Assembly: GCA_022797635.1 (NCBI GenBank)
Contig: JAAWKZ010000003.1
Coordinates: 1,023-65,022, forward strand
Reading direction: 5' to 3'
Length of the DNA: 64,000 bases
Source: Clostridia bacterium
Lineage (GTDB): Bacteria; Bacillota; Clostridia; TANB77; CAG-508
Part shown: positions 28,912 through 39,212 of the stretch, piece by piece
How the letters are laid out: every line of letters starts with the position of its first letter
Position numbering within the stretch: position 1 is the stretch's first letter
Notes under the pieces: model-generated
What the model saw: only the letters and a program-made list of their open reading frames with translations
What the model was told of the DNA's origin: nothing
Database searches by the model: none
Position numbers and translations under genes: made by a program

Positions 28912-30016
28912 ATGAAGATATTATATGTACTTAGCTATATTTCTAGAAATGGCGGTGTTCAAAATATTGTCAATAATTATATTAACTATTTAGATAAAAA
29001 TATAGAAGTAGACTTTTTAGTATTACTTCCAGGAGAAGCGGAATTAGAAGAAAAACTAAAAGAGCAAGGACATAATATCTATCGAATAAAAGGTTCAGAA
29101 GAAAAAAAGCTATCTCTATTTCTAAAAGAAATTAAAAAGTTTTTTCAAGAACATCATGATTATGACATAATACATAGCCACCAAACTAACCTAGACATTT
29201 TTTACTTAAGAGAAGCAAAAAAATGGAAAATACCAGTAAGAATTATGCATACACATAGCACAAGTTGTGACATTAGTAAAATAAGAATGAGGATTCTGAG
29301 GCTGATGTCAAAAAGATATGCTAATTACTATTTTGCTTGTTCTCTAGAAGCTGGAAAGTTTATGTTTCGGTAAGAATATTGAAGGAAATAACAATTTCTA
29401 TATTATTAATAATGCTATTGATGTAGATAAGTATGAGTATAATGACGTTATAAGACAAGAGCAAAGAAAAGAAAATCATATAGAAAATAATTTTGTTATT
29501 GGAAATGTAGCACGAATGATAGAAATGAAAAATCACTCGTTTTTGCTAGAAGTATTAAAAGAGATTTTAAAGATACAATTAAATGCAAAATTGTTATTAG
29601 TGGGAGATGGACCTTATAAGGAAGCAATACAAAAAAAAGCAGAAGAATTAAAGCTTCAAAATGATATTATTTATTATGGTGTGACAGATAAAGTAAATGA
29701 AGTATTACAGGTTATGGATGTATTTATATTACCATCTTTATATGAAGGGGTACCACTTACTGTGATAGAAGCAGCAGCTAGTGGATTAAAATATGTTATT
29801 TCTGATACTATCAATAGCCATTTGGCAAAAAATGAATTAGAATTAAAATTAAGTTTACAATTAACAGCAAAGGAGTGGGCTGAAAAAATTCTAAATCATA
29901 CAAAAGAATATAATAGAATGAATCAAAAAGAGTTAATAGAGAATTCTGGATTTGATATAAAGAAGCAAACATTATTATTAGAAAAGATATATAAGGATAT
30001 CTTACAAGGAGAATAA
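28912..30016 (+). CDS. Family-4 (GT-B) glycosyltransferase; the reading frame is broken at in-frame CGG 29368-29370
   Basis: ORF 28912-29373 is the N-terminal half of a GT4. The +1 frame from ggt 29369 is open through 30016 and reads GKNIEGNNNFYIINNAIDVDKY...GNVARMIEMKNH...LLLVGDGPYK...PSLYEGVPLTVIEAAASG (EX7E region). Confidence 0.85.
29368..29371 (+). other. Frame-break site: in-frame CGG overlapping the +1 Gly codon GGT (ttt-c-ggt); frame 0 hits TAA immediately
   Basis: ttt cgg taa in frame 0. ggt aag aat att gaa in frame +1 continues the GT4 protein. Confidence 0.85.
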
Positions 30017-30018
30017 AA

Positions 30019-32511
30019 ATGAAAAAAGAGCAAATTTTTAAGAGAATAGAAGAAGTCTATATAATTGCCTTTTTAATATATTTATTATTAAATAGTATTT
30101 TGCCATATGTAAATATTGGGATACCTATTATTAAGAATGGAATAAGTATTGTTTTTATGGGAATAGGAGGAATACTTATTTTATATAATTTGCTTTTTAA
30201 AAGAGAGCTATTTAAACAAAACTATGGTGCTTTATTATGGTGTTTTATTATAATATGTATTATATCTAGTGTAACAATGTTGAAATATGGATACATGAAT
30301 AATATTAAAACAATTTTATGGAGTAGTATTTTATTTGGAGTTCTTTACACCTATGCACTTAAAAATCAACAAAAGGATATAGAGAGAGTATTAAAGATAG
30401 CAATTATATTACTTAGTTTAATTTGGATAATAGCAATTTGTGTAGGATTATATCAATATGCTATGCAAATTAGTTATCAAGTGAAATTAGAAGGTGGAGC
30501 TATACCAAAGGCACAAGGATTTTATTATAATAGGCTATTTGGAATATTTGTTGATCCAAATTTTGCAGCTGTTACCTCAGCTATTTTGTTATTAATGTCA
30601 GTTTATATGGGGAGTATTGCAAATAAACGTTGGAAAAAAGTTTTATGGGGGATAGATGGGGTATTCCAATTTATTTATATTCTATTGTCAGGATCTAGAA
30701 CAGGAATAGTTATATTACTATTAGGAATAGTGGTTCAATCTTGGCTAAAAATAAGAGTATATTTTCATCAAGGAAATAAAAGAAATATAGGAAAGATTAT
30801 ACTTACTACTTGTATGGTTGCAATTCTGACTATTGGAATTATAGTAGGTACAAAATCAGTGTTAGGATATATACCTAATTTAATTAAAAGAAATGAAACT
30901 ACTACAAAGGGGACTATAGATAAGCAAAATGCTAGTCAAAATCAAGTAAAAGTAGATTTGAATAGAACTGACTTAGATGGTAAGGGTGTTAGTAATTTAC
31001 GTTTTGAGTTATGGGGAGATTGTTTAGAAATATTAAGTTCAAAACCATTATTAGGAACATCACCAAGAAACTTAGTAAGTTATGCAAAGCAAAATTTTCC
31101 AAATACCTATCCAGCCAAAGGATATGATTATGGAAATGGGTATTTAGCAGTGATAACAGGAACTGGTATATTGGGTGCAGCAGTTATGTTTATCTTTTTA
31201 GGAGTATGTGACATAAGCCTAATAAGTTATACTGTAAAAGAAAAATACAAAAGAAGTAGTTTAGAAAAGAATATTAATATATTAGCGATAACAATTGTAG
31301 CCATTATGATATTAGCTGCTTTTATTAATCAAGAGATTTTCTTGATCAATTCATTTAATACAGCAATATTCTGGCTAATGTTGGGATATATTATGAAAAA
31401 GACAAAAGAGAAAATTGTACAGGATAATGGAAAAGAAAAAGTTGGAATTGTAACAATTCATGATGCAGATAACTATGGAAGTGCACTACAAGCATTTGCT
31501 ACTCAAAAAGTTATTGAAGGAATAGGATATCAAGCTATTATTGTAGATCATATATGTCCAAAAACAAGTAAGGAATATGGAATAAAGCGTATATTTGCAC
31601 AAAGAAATTTGAAGGCGATGATAGAAACTATTATTAGAATAACAATATTATATCCATCTAGAATTCATTTTAGGAATTTTCGAGACAAGTTCTTTATAGA
31701 GCAAGAAGAACAAGATGTAATAGAAAAACAACAACAATTTAAAAAGTTTGTTGTTGGAAGTGACCAAGTATGGAATTATAAAATTACAGGATTTGATAAG
31801 GCATATTTTCTAAACTTTGTAACAGATAATAGTAAGAAAGTAAGCTATGCAAGTAGTTTTGGGATAACTCAAATAGAAGAAGATAAAAAACAAGAATATC
31901 AGCAATTATTAAATGATTTTCATAAAATTGCTATAAGAGAAGAACAGGCTCGTGTCCTAATTAAAGAGCTAATAGGTAAAGAAGTTCCAGTTGTTTTGGA
32001 TCCTACTTTATTGATTAGAAAAGAAGAATGGACAAAACTAATTAATAAGAAGAATAAATATCAAAATTATATTTTATGCTATCAAATTGCTTATTCACAA
32101 TCTTTAGTAGATTTTGCACAAGAGCTAGCTAGAAAAACTGGTAAAAAAATCATATCTATTCAAGGTAGTATGAGAAATAAATTTGAAGCAAAATATATAT
32201 GGAGTGCAGGACCATTAGAATATATAAACTTGTTTTTAGATGCTGATTATATTGTTACAAATTCATTCCACGGAACAGCATTTTCTATTAATTTTAACAA
32301 GAATTTCTTTACAGAATTATTACCATCTTTTGAAAAAACTAGTTCGCGCTTAGAAAGTATTTTAGATATGTTTGGGTTAAGAAGTAGACAAATTGTAGAT
32401 GGAAAAAATGCTAATGTGTTAGAGACAGTTAATTATGAAAAGGTAAATGAATTATTAGATCAAAAGAGAGGAGAATCTATAAATATTTTAAAAACATTTA
32501 TAGAAGATTAA
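30019..32511 (+). CDS. Fusion protein: N-terminal O-antigen polymerase/ligase-like (Wzy) membrane domain plus C-terminal polysaccharide pyruvyl transferase domain
   Basis: 830 aa. Residues ~1-470 are polytopic, with a Wzy_C-like loop (LLSGSRTGIVILLLG). The C-terminal ~350 aa start VGIVTIHDADNYGSALQAFATQ and contain TNSFHGTAFSI, typical of PS pyruvyl transferases. Confidence 0.7.
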   Translation: MKKEQIFKRIEEVYIIAFLIYLLLNSILPYVNIGIPIIKNGISIVFMGIGGILILYNLLFKRELFKQNYGALLWCFIIICIISSVTMLKYGYMNNIKTILWSSILFGVLYTYALKNQQKDIERVLKIAIILLSLIWIIAICVGLYQYAMQISYQVKLEGGAIPKAQGFYYNRLFGIFVDPNFAAVTSAILLLMSVYMGSIANKRWKKVLWGIDGVFQFIYILLSGSRTGIVILLLGIVVQSWLKIRVYFHQGNKRNIGKIILTTCMVAILTIGIIVGTKSVLGYIPNLIKRNETTTKGTIDKQNASQNQVKVDLNRTDLDGKGVSNLRFELWGDCLEILSSKPLLGTSPRNLVSYAKQNFPNTYPAKGYDYGNGYLAVITGTGILGAAVMFIFLGVCDISLISYTVKEKYKRSSLEKNINILAITIVAIMILAAFINQEIFLINSFNTAIFWLMLGYIMKKTKEKIVQDNGKEKVGIVTIHDADNYGSALQAFATQKVIEGIGYQAIIVDHICPKTSKEYGIKRIFAQRNLKAMIETIIRITILYPSRIHFRNFRDKFFIEQEEQDVIEKQQQFKKFVVGSDQVWNYKITGFDKAYFLNFVTDNSKKVSYASSFGITQIEEDKKQEYQQLLNDFHKIAIREEQARVLIKELIGKEVPVVLDPTLLIRKEEWTKLINKKNKYQNYILCYQIAYSQSLVDFAQELARKTGKKIISIQGSMRNKFEAKYIWSAGPLEYINLFLDADYIVTNSFHGTAFSINFNKNFFTELLPSFEKTSSRLESILDMFGLRSRQIVDGKNANVLETVNYEKVNELLDQKRGESINILKTFIED

Positions 32512-32520
32512 TCATACTAA

Positions 32521-33939
32521 ATGGAGAAAGAAAAAAGTTTAGCAAAAAATATCATAATATTTGCAATTGGTAGTTTTAGTTCCAAATTACTTCAGTTTTT
32601 GTTGATCCCATTTTATACTAGAGTATTAACAAATTCAGAATATGGAACAATAGACATATTACAAAATATAGCGACTTTATTAATTCCAATTATTTCGCTT
32701 ACCATTTCGGAGGCAGTATTTCGATTTGCTATGGAAGAAAGTAGTGATAAGGAAGAAGTATTGTCTATTGGATTTTTATCAAGCATTGCTAACATTATAA
32801 TTATGTCATTGATTGCAATTGTTATTTATCAAGTAACTAAATATGAATATATAGTAATTTTAGTATTGTATATAGCAACTAATATCATTAGGACTATTTT
32901 TTCGCAATTTACAAGAGCGATTGGAAAAGTTAAAATATATACTTTTGATAATGTATTAAATGTATTTATTACTATTGTTGCTAATATTCTACTGTTAACT
33001 GTATTGCATCAAGGGATTACAGGATATTTATTAGGATATGTAATAGGCAATACAGTTTCTATTATAGTATTGTTAATAGCAGTTAAACTATATCAAAAAA
33101 TAAGGATTAAGAAATTTAATGCTAAAACTTTTAGAAGTATGACAAAGTTTAGTATTCCGTTAATACCAAACTCTATTTGTTGGTGGATTACCAATTTTAC
33201 GGATAGAGTAATGATTACAACAAGTTATGGGACAAGTATTAATGGAATTTATGCAGTAGCTCACAAAGTACCTACTATTGTTACAGTAATTGTAGAAGTT
33301 TTTTTTCAAGCTTGGCAAATTTCGGCAAATAAAGAGTTTGAAAAAAAGGAGATTTCTAAATTTTATACAGATATTTTTCACTATTTATTTGCTTTTGTAT
33401 TTATTATCTGTGCAATTTTGATGTGTATGTGTAGAGTGATTACAAATATTGTAGTAGGAGTAGAGTTTTTAGAGGCATGGTACTATATGCCAATTTTACT
33501 TTTGGGAACAGCTTTTTTCTCAATGGCACAATATTTAGGATCAATTTATACAGCAAGTAAAAATACCAAAATGGCATTTGTTACAAATGCTAGTGTAGCT
33601 ATTTTAAACATATTTTTAAATATAGTATGCTTGAAATACATAGGACCTATTGGAGCAGCAATCGCAACTGCAGTTTGTTATTTTATTCTTTGGATTTATA
33701 GAGCAATAGATACCAGAAAAATGGTAAAAATATGTTATGATTTCAAATTAATTATTGCCACAGTAGTATTATTAATTATTAGTACTATTATTATAACAAT
33801 AGAGGTAAAACTTTGGTACTTATATTCTATTATTATATTATTATTAATTATCATAATTAATAGTAAGCAAATTACTAGTTTTGTGAGGTTAGCCATAGGA
33901 ATGATAAAAGAAAGGATAAAAATAAGGAGAGAAAGATGA
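32521..33939 (+). CDS. Oligosaccharide flippase (Wzx, MOP superfamily)
   Basis: 472 aa with ~12-14 TM helices, in polysaccharide-locus context. Confidence 0.8.
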   Translation: MEKEKSLAKNIIIFAIGSFSSKLLQFLLIPFYTRVLTNSEYGTIDILQNIATLLIPIISLTISEAVFRFAMEESSDKEEVLSIGFLSSIANIIIMSLIAIVIYQVTKYEYIVILVLYIATNIIRTIFSQFTRAIGKVKIYTFDNVLNVFITIVANILLLTVLHQGITGYLLGYVIGNTVSIIVLLIAVKLYQKIRIKKFNAKTFRSMTKFSIPLIPNSICWWITNFTDRVMITTSYGTSINGIYAVAHKVPTIVTVIVEVFFQAWQISANKEFEKKEISKFYTDIFHYLFAFVFIICAILMCMCRVITNIVVGVEFLEAWYYMPILLLGTAFFSMAQYLGSIYTASKNTKMAFVTNASVAILNIFLNIVCLKYIGPIGAAIATAVCYFILWIYRAIDTRKMVKICYDFKLIIATVVLLIISTIIITIEVKLWYLYSIIILLLIIIINSKQITSFVRLAIGMIKERIKIRRER

Positions 33940-35096
33940 ATACAGTTTTTGAAAAAAATAGATGCTGTGGTTGCAGTGCGTGTTCTAGAATATGTCCAGT
34001 AGGTGCAATTACAATGGTTGAAGATGGAGAAGGTTTTTTGTATCCTGAAATAAATCAAGAAAAATGTATTCAATGTGGAGCATGCCATAGAATTTGTGCT
34101 TTTAATACACAAATAGAGAAGCAAGAAATAGGAAAAGTATATGCAGTTCAAAACAAAGAGGAAGAATTAAGAAATAAAGCAACATCAGGAGGTTTTTTTC
34201 ATATAATTGCGTCCTATACCATAAAAAATGGCGGAGTAGTTTATGGAGCAGCATTAAATGAAGAATTAGTGGTAGAACATCAAAGAGCAGAAAAGCAAGA
34301 AGAATTAGAGAAGTTTTATGGTTCTAAGTATGTACAAAGTGATTTGCACAAAATTTATGAGTCATTATTAAGAGATATAAAAGAAAATAGATTAGTGTTA
34401 TTTACAGGTACACCCTGTCAAGTAGCAGAAGTGAGGCAATATTATCAAATGCACAACGGCGACATAAAAAGATTGATTACTTGTGATTTTGTATGCCATG
34501 GAGTGCCATCAAGGAAAATATTTAAGGAACATATTCAGTTTTTAGAAAAAGAATATAAGAAAAAAATTGTTTCCTATAAATTTAGAACAAAAGATTATGG
34601 ATGGAAGGGGCACCATGAAAAGGCTATATTTGAAGGAGGAGAAGATACAGAGAAGAGCCATAAAGAATGTGTAGATATCTATAAAGAACTATATGGTTCT
34701 CTAAATATTATTAGACCATCTTGCTATGAATGCCCTTATGCAAAGTCGGAACATATTAGTGATATGACAATGGGAGATTTCTGGGGAATAGAAAATTACG
34801 AAGAAGAATTTAAAGATAATAAAGGAACTTCTTTTGTTATGATTAATTCTCAGCAGGGACAAAAGATTTTTGAAGAATTAAAAGAAGAGATGATTTATAA
34901 AGAAGAAAAAATAGAGATTTGTAGAAATCCACAATTAAAAGGACCAACGAGTAAACCAAAGAATAGAGAGAAATTTTGGAATGAGTATTCTTCAAAAGGA
35001 TATAAATATATTGCCAAAAAATACACTACTTATGGATTGGTTAAAAAAGCAAGAGTTACAGCATATCAAATTTTGAAGAAGATGAAACTAAAATAG
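33936..35096 (+). CDS. FrhB-like (coenzyme F420 hydrogenase/dehydrogenase beta subunit family) protein with 2x[4Fe-4S] ferredoxin motif
   Basis: 386 aa. CCGCSACSRICP and CIQCGACHRICA motifs, followed by the FrhB-family core. It overlaps the wzx stop by 4 nt. Confidence 0.7.
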   Translation: MNTVFEKNRCCGCSACSRICPVGAITMVEDGEGFLYPEINQEKCIQCGACHRICAFNTQIEKQEIGKVYAVQNKEEELRNKATSGGFFHIIASYTIKNGGVVYGAALNEELVVEHQRAEKQEELEKFYGSKYVQSDLHKIYESLLRDIKENRLVLFTGTPCQVAEVRQYYQMHNGDIKRLITCDFVCHGVPSRKIFKEHIQFLEKEYKKKIVSYKFRTKDYGWKGHHEKAIFEGGEDTEKSHKECVDIYKELYGSLNIIRPSCYECPYAKSEHISDMTMGDFWGIENYEEEFKDNKGTSFVMINSQQGQKIFEELKEEMIYKEEKIEICRNPQLKGPTSKPKNREKFWNEYSSKGYKYIAKKYTTYGLVKKARVTAYQILKKMKLK

Positions 35097-35137
35097 AGAA
35101 GATTTATGATATAAAAATAAGGAAAAGAGGAAGAAAA

Positions 35138-36271
35138 ATGAAAGCAAATAAACAATTTGCAATATTATCAGCAATAGGTATCGTTATGGTTGTAGCTTCA
35201 CATTGTGATAGAGCATTAAACTTATTTAATGATATTTTTCCATATACTTCATTTTTCATGCCAATGTTTATGTTTATATCAGGATATTTCTTTAAAGATG
35301 AAAATGTTCATAATATAAGACCATATCTAAAAAAGAAATTTTTTAAGTTACTAGTATATTATTTTGCCTGGAACCTTATATACGGAATAATAACGTGGGT
35401 CTTATATAACGTTGGATTATGTTCACAACCAAAAGTATTAGGATGGGAAACTCTCATTTATAAACCATTTATAGATGGACAACAATATGGGTTTAGTGCC
35501 TCTTTATGGTTTATTCCAACATTATTCACAGTTGAAATAGCTTTTTTAATTGTTAGAAAGCTACAATTAAAATGCAAATATGTTAAAATAGTAGATTATA
35601 TTTCATTTATTATTTTAGCCAGTCTTAATATTTTTAGTGTATATATTGCAAAGAAAGGTATTACAAATGAAGCATTAATTCCAATTTTCAAATTAGCATT
35701 TTTTATGGTATTTTTCCAAGGTGGTAAAATATATAAAGAATATTTAGAAAATAAAGAGTTAGAAATCCCTACTTTAATGGTTTTTGGAATTACTATTTCT
35801 ATTAATGTTATTATTATTAGAATATACAAAAATATAAACTTTCCAAGTTTATATAATATGAAAGATTTTAGTTATGTCTCACCAATGATACCAATAGTAG
35901 TTGCCACAACTGGAATATGGTTCTGGCTTAGAATTTCAAAAATACTTGAAAAATCATTAGGAGATAATAAGATAATAAATAAAATTTCCGATCATACTAA
36001 AGACATTATGGCTCATCACATATTTTTAATTTGGCTAGCAAATTTAGTGTTATACTTATTAAAAGATTTGATTGGATTAAAAGGCTTTAACTCAGAAAGA
36101 TTTATTGCTACAAATGGATGGTACAGATACTATCCAGAAATAGTACAATTTGAGCTTATTTATATCTTTATTGGTATTTTGGGGTCATTAAAAATATCTG
36201 ACATAGAGAAAGTAGTGTTAAAAAAATTACATATTGGAGTTGAAAAATGGAAAAAGTTGAAAAAGACTTAG
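35138..36271 (+). CDS. Acyltransferase-3 family membrane O-acyltransferase
   Basis: 377 aa and polytopic. N-terminal FAILSAIGIVMVVASH motif typical of acyltransferase 3. Confidence 0.75.
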   Translation: MKANKQFAILSAIGIVMVVASHCDRALNLFNDIFPYTSFFMPMFMFISGYFFKDENVHNIRPYLKKKFFKLLVYYFAWNLIYGIITWVLYNVGLCSQPKVLGWETLIYKPFIDGQQYGFSASLWFIPTLFTVEIAFLIVRKLQLKCKYVKIVDYISFIILASLNIFSVYIAKKGITNEALIPIFKLAFFMVFFQGGKIYKEYLENKELEIPTLMVFGITISINVIIIRIYKNINFPSLYNMKDFSYVSPMIPIVVATTGIWFWLRISKILEKSLGDNKIINKISDHTKDIMAHHIFLIWLANLVLYLLKDLIGLKGFNSERFIATNGWYRYYPEIVQFELIYIFIGILGSLKISDIEKVVLKKLHIGVEKWKKLKKT

Positions 36272-36524
36272 ACAATAAAATAATAAAAAGCTTACAATTG
36301 AATTTTTTATGACACATCAAATTGTATTACGATATGCAGAGAAATATCAAATTTTAACTGGAGTGTCATTTGTGGTAAAATTTATCATAGAATTGATAGT
36401 TTGTATTTTACTAGCAAAAATAGTTTACGATTGTTTAAGAAAAGTTAAGATTAATATTGTATCTAAAAGCAAGGCAGTGTTAATTTAACATAGAACTAAA
36501 AATGAAGAGGTAAGGAGAAAAAAT

Positions 36525-37622
36525 ATGAAAAAGATAATGTTAGTATTTGGTACAAGACCAGAAGCAATTAAAATGTGTCCTCTAGTAAAAGAATTAAAGA
36601 CAAGAAAAAATGTGGAAACAATAGTATGTGTAACAGGACAACATCGAGAAATGTTACAACAAGTATTAGAGTGTTTTGAAGTAGTGCCAGATTATAATTT
36701 GGATATTATGCAAGATAAGCAGACTTTATTTGATATTACAACTAACATTATATCAAAGATAAAACCTGTTTTAGAAGAAGTAAAGCCTGATGTTATTTTA
36801 GTTCATGGAGATACGACTACTACTTTTGTAACAGCTTTATGTGCTTTTTATATGCAAATTCCAGTGGGACATGTAGAGGCAGGTTTGAGAACTTATAACA
36901 TATACTCTCCATATCCAGAAGAATTTAATAGGCAAGCAACTAGTATTATAGCAAAATATAACTTTGCGCCAACAGAAATGGCAAAAAGTAATTTAATACA
37001 AGAAGGGAAAGAGAAAGATACAATATATGTTACAGGAAATACAGCAATAGATGCTCTAAAGACAACAGTAAATGATAAATATACAAATTCACTTTTGGAT
37101 TGGGTAGGAAATGACAGACTAGTGGTACTTACTGCACATAGAAGAGAAAATTTAGGTAAACCGTTGGAGAATATGTTTACAGCAATTAAAAAAATTGTAG
37201 AAGAAAAAAAGGATATTAAAGTAGTTTATCCAGTTCATAAAAATCCAATTGTACAAGAAATTGCAAAAAGGATATTAGGAAATAACGAAAGAATAAAATT
37301 AATAGAACCATTAGAAGTAATAGATTTCCATAATCTTTTAGCAAGATCATATTTGATATTAACAGATAGTGGAGGAATACAGGAAGAGGCTCCTTCGCTA
37401 GGAAAACCAGTTCTAGTAATGAGAGATACTACTGAAAGACCAGAAGGAATTGAGGCAGGTACTCTTAAACTAGTTGGGACTGATACAGATACAATTTATA
37501 AAGAGATGAAAAAACTATTGGATAATTCAATAGAGTATGATAGAATGAGTAAAGCACAAAATCCATATGGTGATGGATTAGCAAGTAAAAGAATTGCAGA
37601 TATTTTATGTAATGCTAAATAA
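36525..37622 (+). CDS. wecB: UDP-N-acetylglucosamine 2-epimerase (non-hydrolysing)
   Basis: 365 aa. MLVFGTRPEAIKM, HVEAGLRT, LTDSGGIQEEAPSLGKPVLVMRDTTERPE. Confidence 0.93.
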   Translation: MKKIMLVFGTRPEAIKMCPLVKELKTRKNVETIVCVTGQHREMLQQVLECFEVVPDYNLDIMQDKQTLFDITTNIISKIKPVLEEVKPDVILVHGDTTTTFVTALCAFYMQIPVGHVEAGLRTYNIYSPYPEEFNRQATSIIAKYNFAPTEMAKSNLIQEGKEKDTIYVTGNTAIDALKTTVNDKYTNSLLDWVGNDRLVVLTAHRRENLGKPLENMFTAIKKIVEEKKDIKVVYPVHKNPIVQEIAKRILGNNERIKLIEPLEVIDFHNLLARSYLILTDSGGIQEEAPSLGKPVLVMRDTTERPEGIEAGTLKLVGTDTDTIYKEMKKLLDNSIEYDRMSKAQNPYGDGLASKRIADILCNAK

Positions 37623-37641
37623 AGTCTGAGGAGGGGTACAA

Positions 37642-39111
37642 ATGAAAGAACAATCCAATTCTAATAAAAGTGACAAGAAAATAGGAGAGAGAAATAAAAA
37701 ATTAGATATTTTTCTTAAGGTAACGGCATTTGTTTATACTGTCATAACGATTATATTTTATATTTCAGTAATAAAATTGAACTTATTGCCAGGAATATAT
37801 GTAACTATATTCACAATAGCAGAGATATTTTTTACATTAGCGATACTAATAGGTTTACTAAAAGTACATAAAACGCCTAAGTTAAATCTTATATGTTTAG
37901 TTGTTATTTTACTGCTTTCAGGTGTATATATTTTTGTAACTAAATATACTTTGGCAACAGGAAATTTCTTGGATAATGTATTTCAAGAAGTTGCACAAAC
38001 AGAAGAATACTATATTATAGTAAAAAAAGATAGTAAGTATGAAAAAATAGAAGATATCCAAAATCAAAATGTGTATTTATTCCAAGTACCAGATGATGCA
38101 AAACAAGAAGTACAGAATAAGTCGAGTGTTAGTTTTAAGACGCAGAATAGCCTAACTGATTTAGGAAAACAATTAATGAATAGTAAAGCAGAAATTATTT
38201 TTATTAGCTCAGTTCAAAAAAGTATTTTAGAAGAAGAAATAGAGAATTTTAAAAGTGATACAAAAGTTATATATACAGCAAAACATGAGATAAAAACAAG
38301 TAAAAAGGAAGAAGAGAAAGACTCTAAATATAGTGTTCAAAATGGAATTTTTAATGTATATATTAGTGGAGTAGATACTTCAGGAAATATTAGTAATGTG
38401 GCTAGAAGTGATGCCAATATGATAGCATCTATCAATACAAAAACACATGAAGTATTAATTACATCCATTCCAAGAGACTACTATGTAACATTACACTCTT
38501 ATGGAGCAAAAGATAAGTTAACACATACAGGAATTTATGGAATTAATGAAACAGTCAAAACAGCAGAGGACTTCTTAGATATAGATATTAATTATTATGT
38601 AAGAGTTAATTTTACAACAGTAATTAAATTAGTAGATACTTTGGGTGGAATTGAAGTGAATTCTGATTATGCTTTTACTTCCGTTATTGGAGGATACCAT
38701 TTTAATAAAGGAAAAAATTATATGAATGGTGAACAAGCATTAGCATTTAGTAGAGAAAGACAAGCTTTTGCTAGTGGAGATAGCCAAAGAGTTAAAAATC
38801 AACAAAAAGTAATAGAAGCAATTATGAAAAAAGTTTTAAATAGTAAAACACTTCTTACAAAATATACAAATATTTTAGACTCGTTGAAAGGAAGTTTCCA
38901 AACAAATATTAAGCAAGATGAAATAAGTCAATTAGTAAAAGCACAATTAAATGATATGTCAGCTTGGACAATTAAAACTAATTCATTAACAGGAACAGGG
39001 GCAAATAATACAACATACTCTATGGGAAGTCAGTTACTATACACTATGGTTCCAAATGCTACTTCTGTAACAGAAGCAAAACAAAAAATTAAAGAAATTA
39101 TAGAGAAATAG
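37642..39111 (+). CDS. LytR-CpsA-Psr (LCP) family glycopolymer ligase
   Basis: 489 aa with N-terminal TM helices. LCP core RSDANMIASIN ... ITSIPRDYYV ... NGEQALAFSRERQAFASGDSQRVKNQQKV. Confidence 0.88.
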   Translation: MKEQSNSNKSDKKIGERNKKLDIFLKVTAFVYTVITIIFYISVIKLNLLPGIYVTIFTIAEIFFTLAILIGLLKVHKTPKLNLICLVVILLLSGVYIFVTKYTLATGNFLDNVFQEVAQTEEYYIIVKKDSKYEKIEDIQNQNVYLFQVPDDAKQEVQNKSSVSFKTQNSLTDLGKQLMNSKAEIIFISSVQKSILEEEIENFKSDTKVIYTAKHEIKTSKKEEEKDSKYSVQNGIFNVYISGVDTSGNISNVARSDANMIASINTKTHEVLITSIPRDYYVTLHSYGAKDKLTHTGIYGINETVKTAEDFLDIDINYYVRVNFTTVIKLVDTLGGIEVNSDYAFTSVIGGYHFNKGKNYMNGEQALAFSRERQAFASGDSQRVKNQQKVIEAIMKKVLNSKTLLTKYTNILDSLKGSFQTNIKQDEISQLVKAQLNDMSAWTIKTNSLTGTGANNTTYSMGSQLLYTMVPNATSVTEAKQKIKEIIEK

Positions 39112-39123
39112 AATTTCAATGAG

Positions 39124-39150
39124 AAGGATACTAGAAATGGTATCCTTTTC
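39124..39150 (+). terminator. Rho-independent terminator closing the polysaccharide locus
   Basis: Stem aaggatac / gtatcctt with an 8-nt loop, followed by tt. Confidence 0.6.
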
Positions 39151-39212
39151 ATAACAAGTTGAATAAAATAAAAAAATGTGCTAAAATAGTGTGAGCAAAA
39201 AGGAGAAAAAGG

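Noticed and set aside
36309-36488. A 59-codon ORF (MTHQIVLRYAEKYQILTGVSFVVKFIIELIVCILLAKIVYDCL...) in the 250-nt gap between the acyltransferase gene and wecB.
   Set aside because: There is no SD upstream of the ATG and I recognise no similarity. It may be a small membrane peptide, but support is insufficient.
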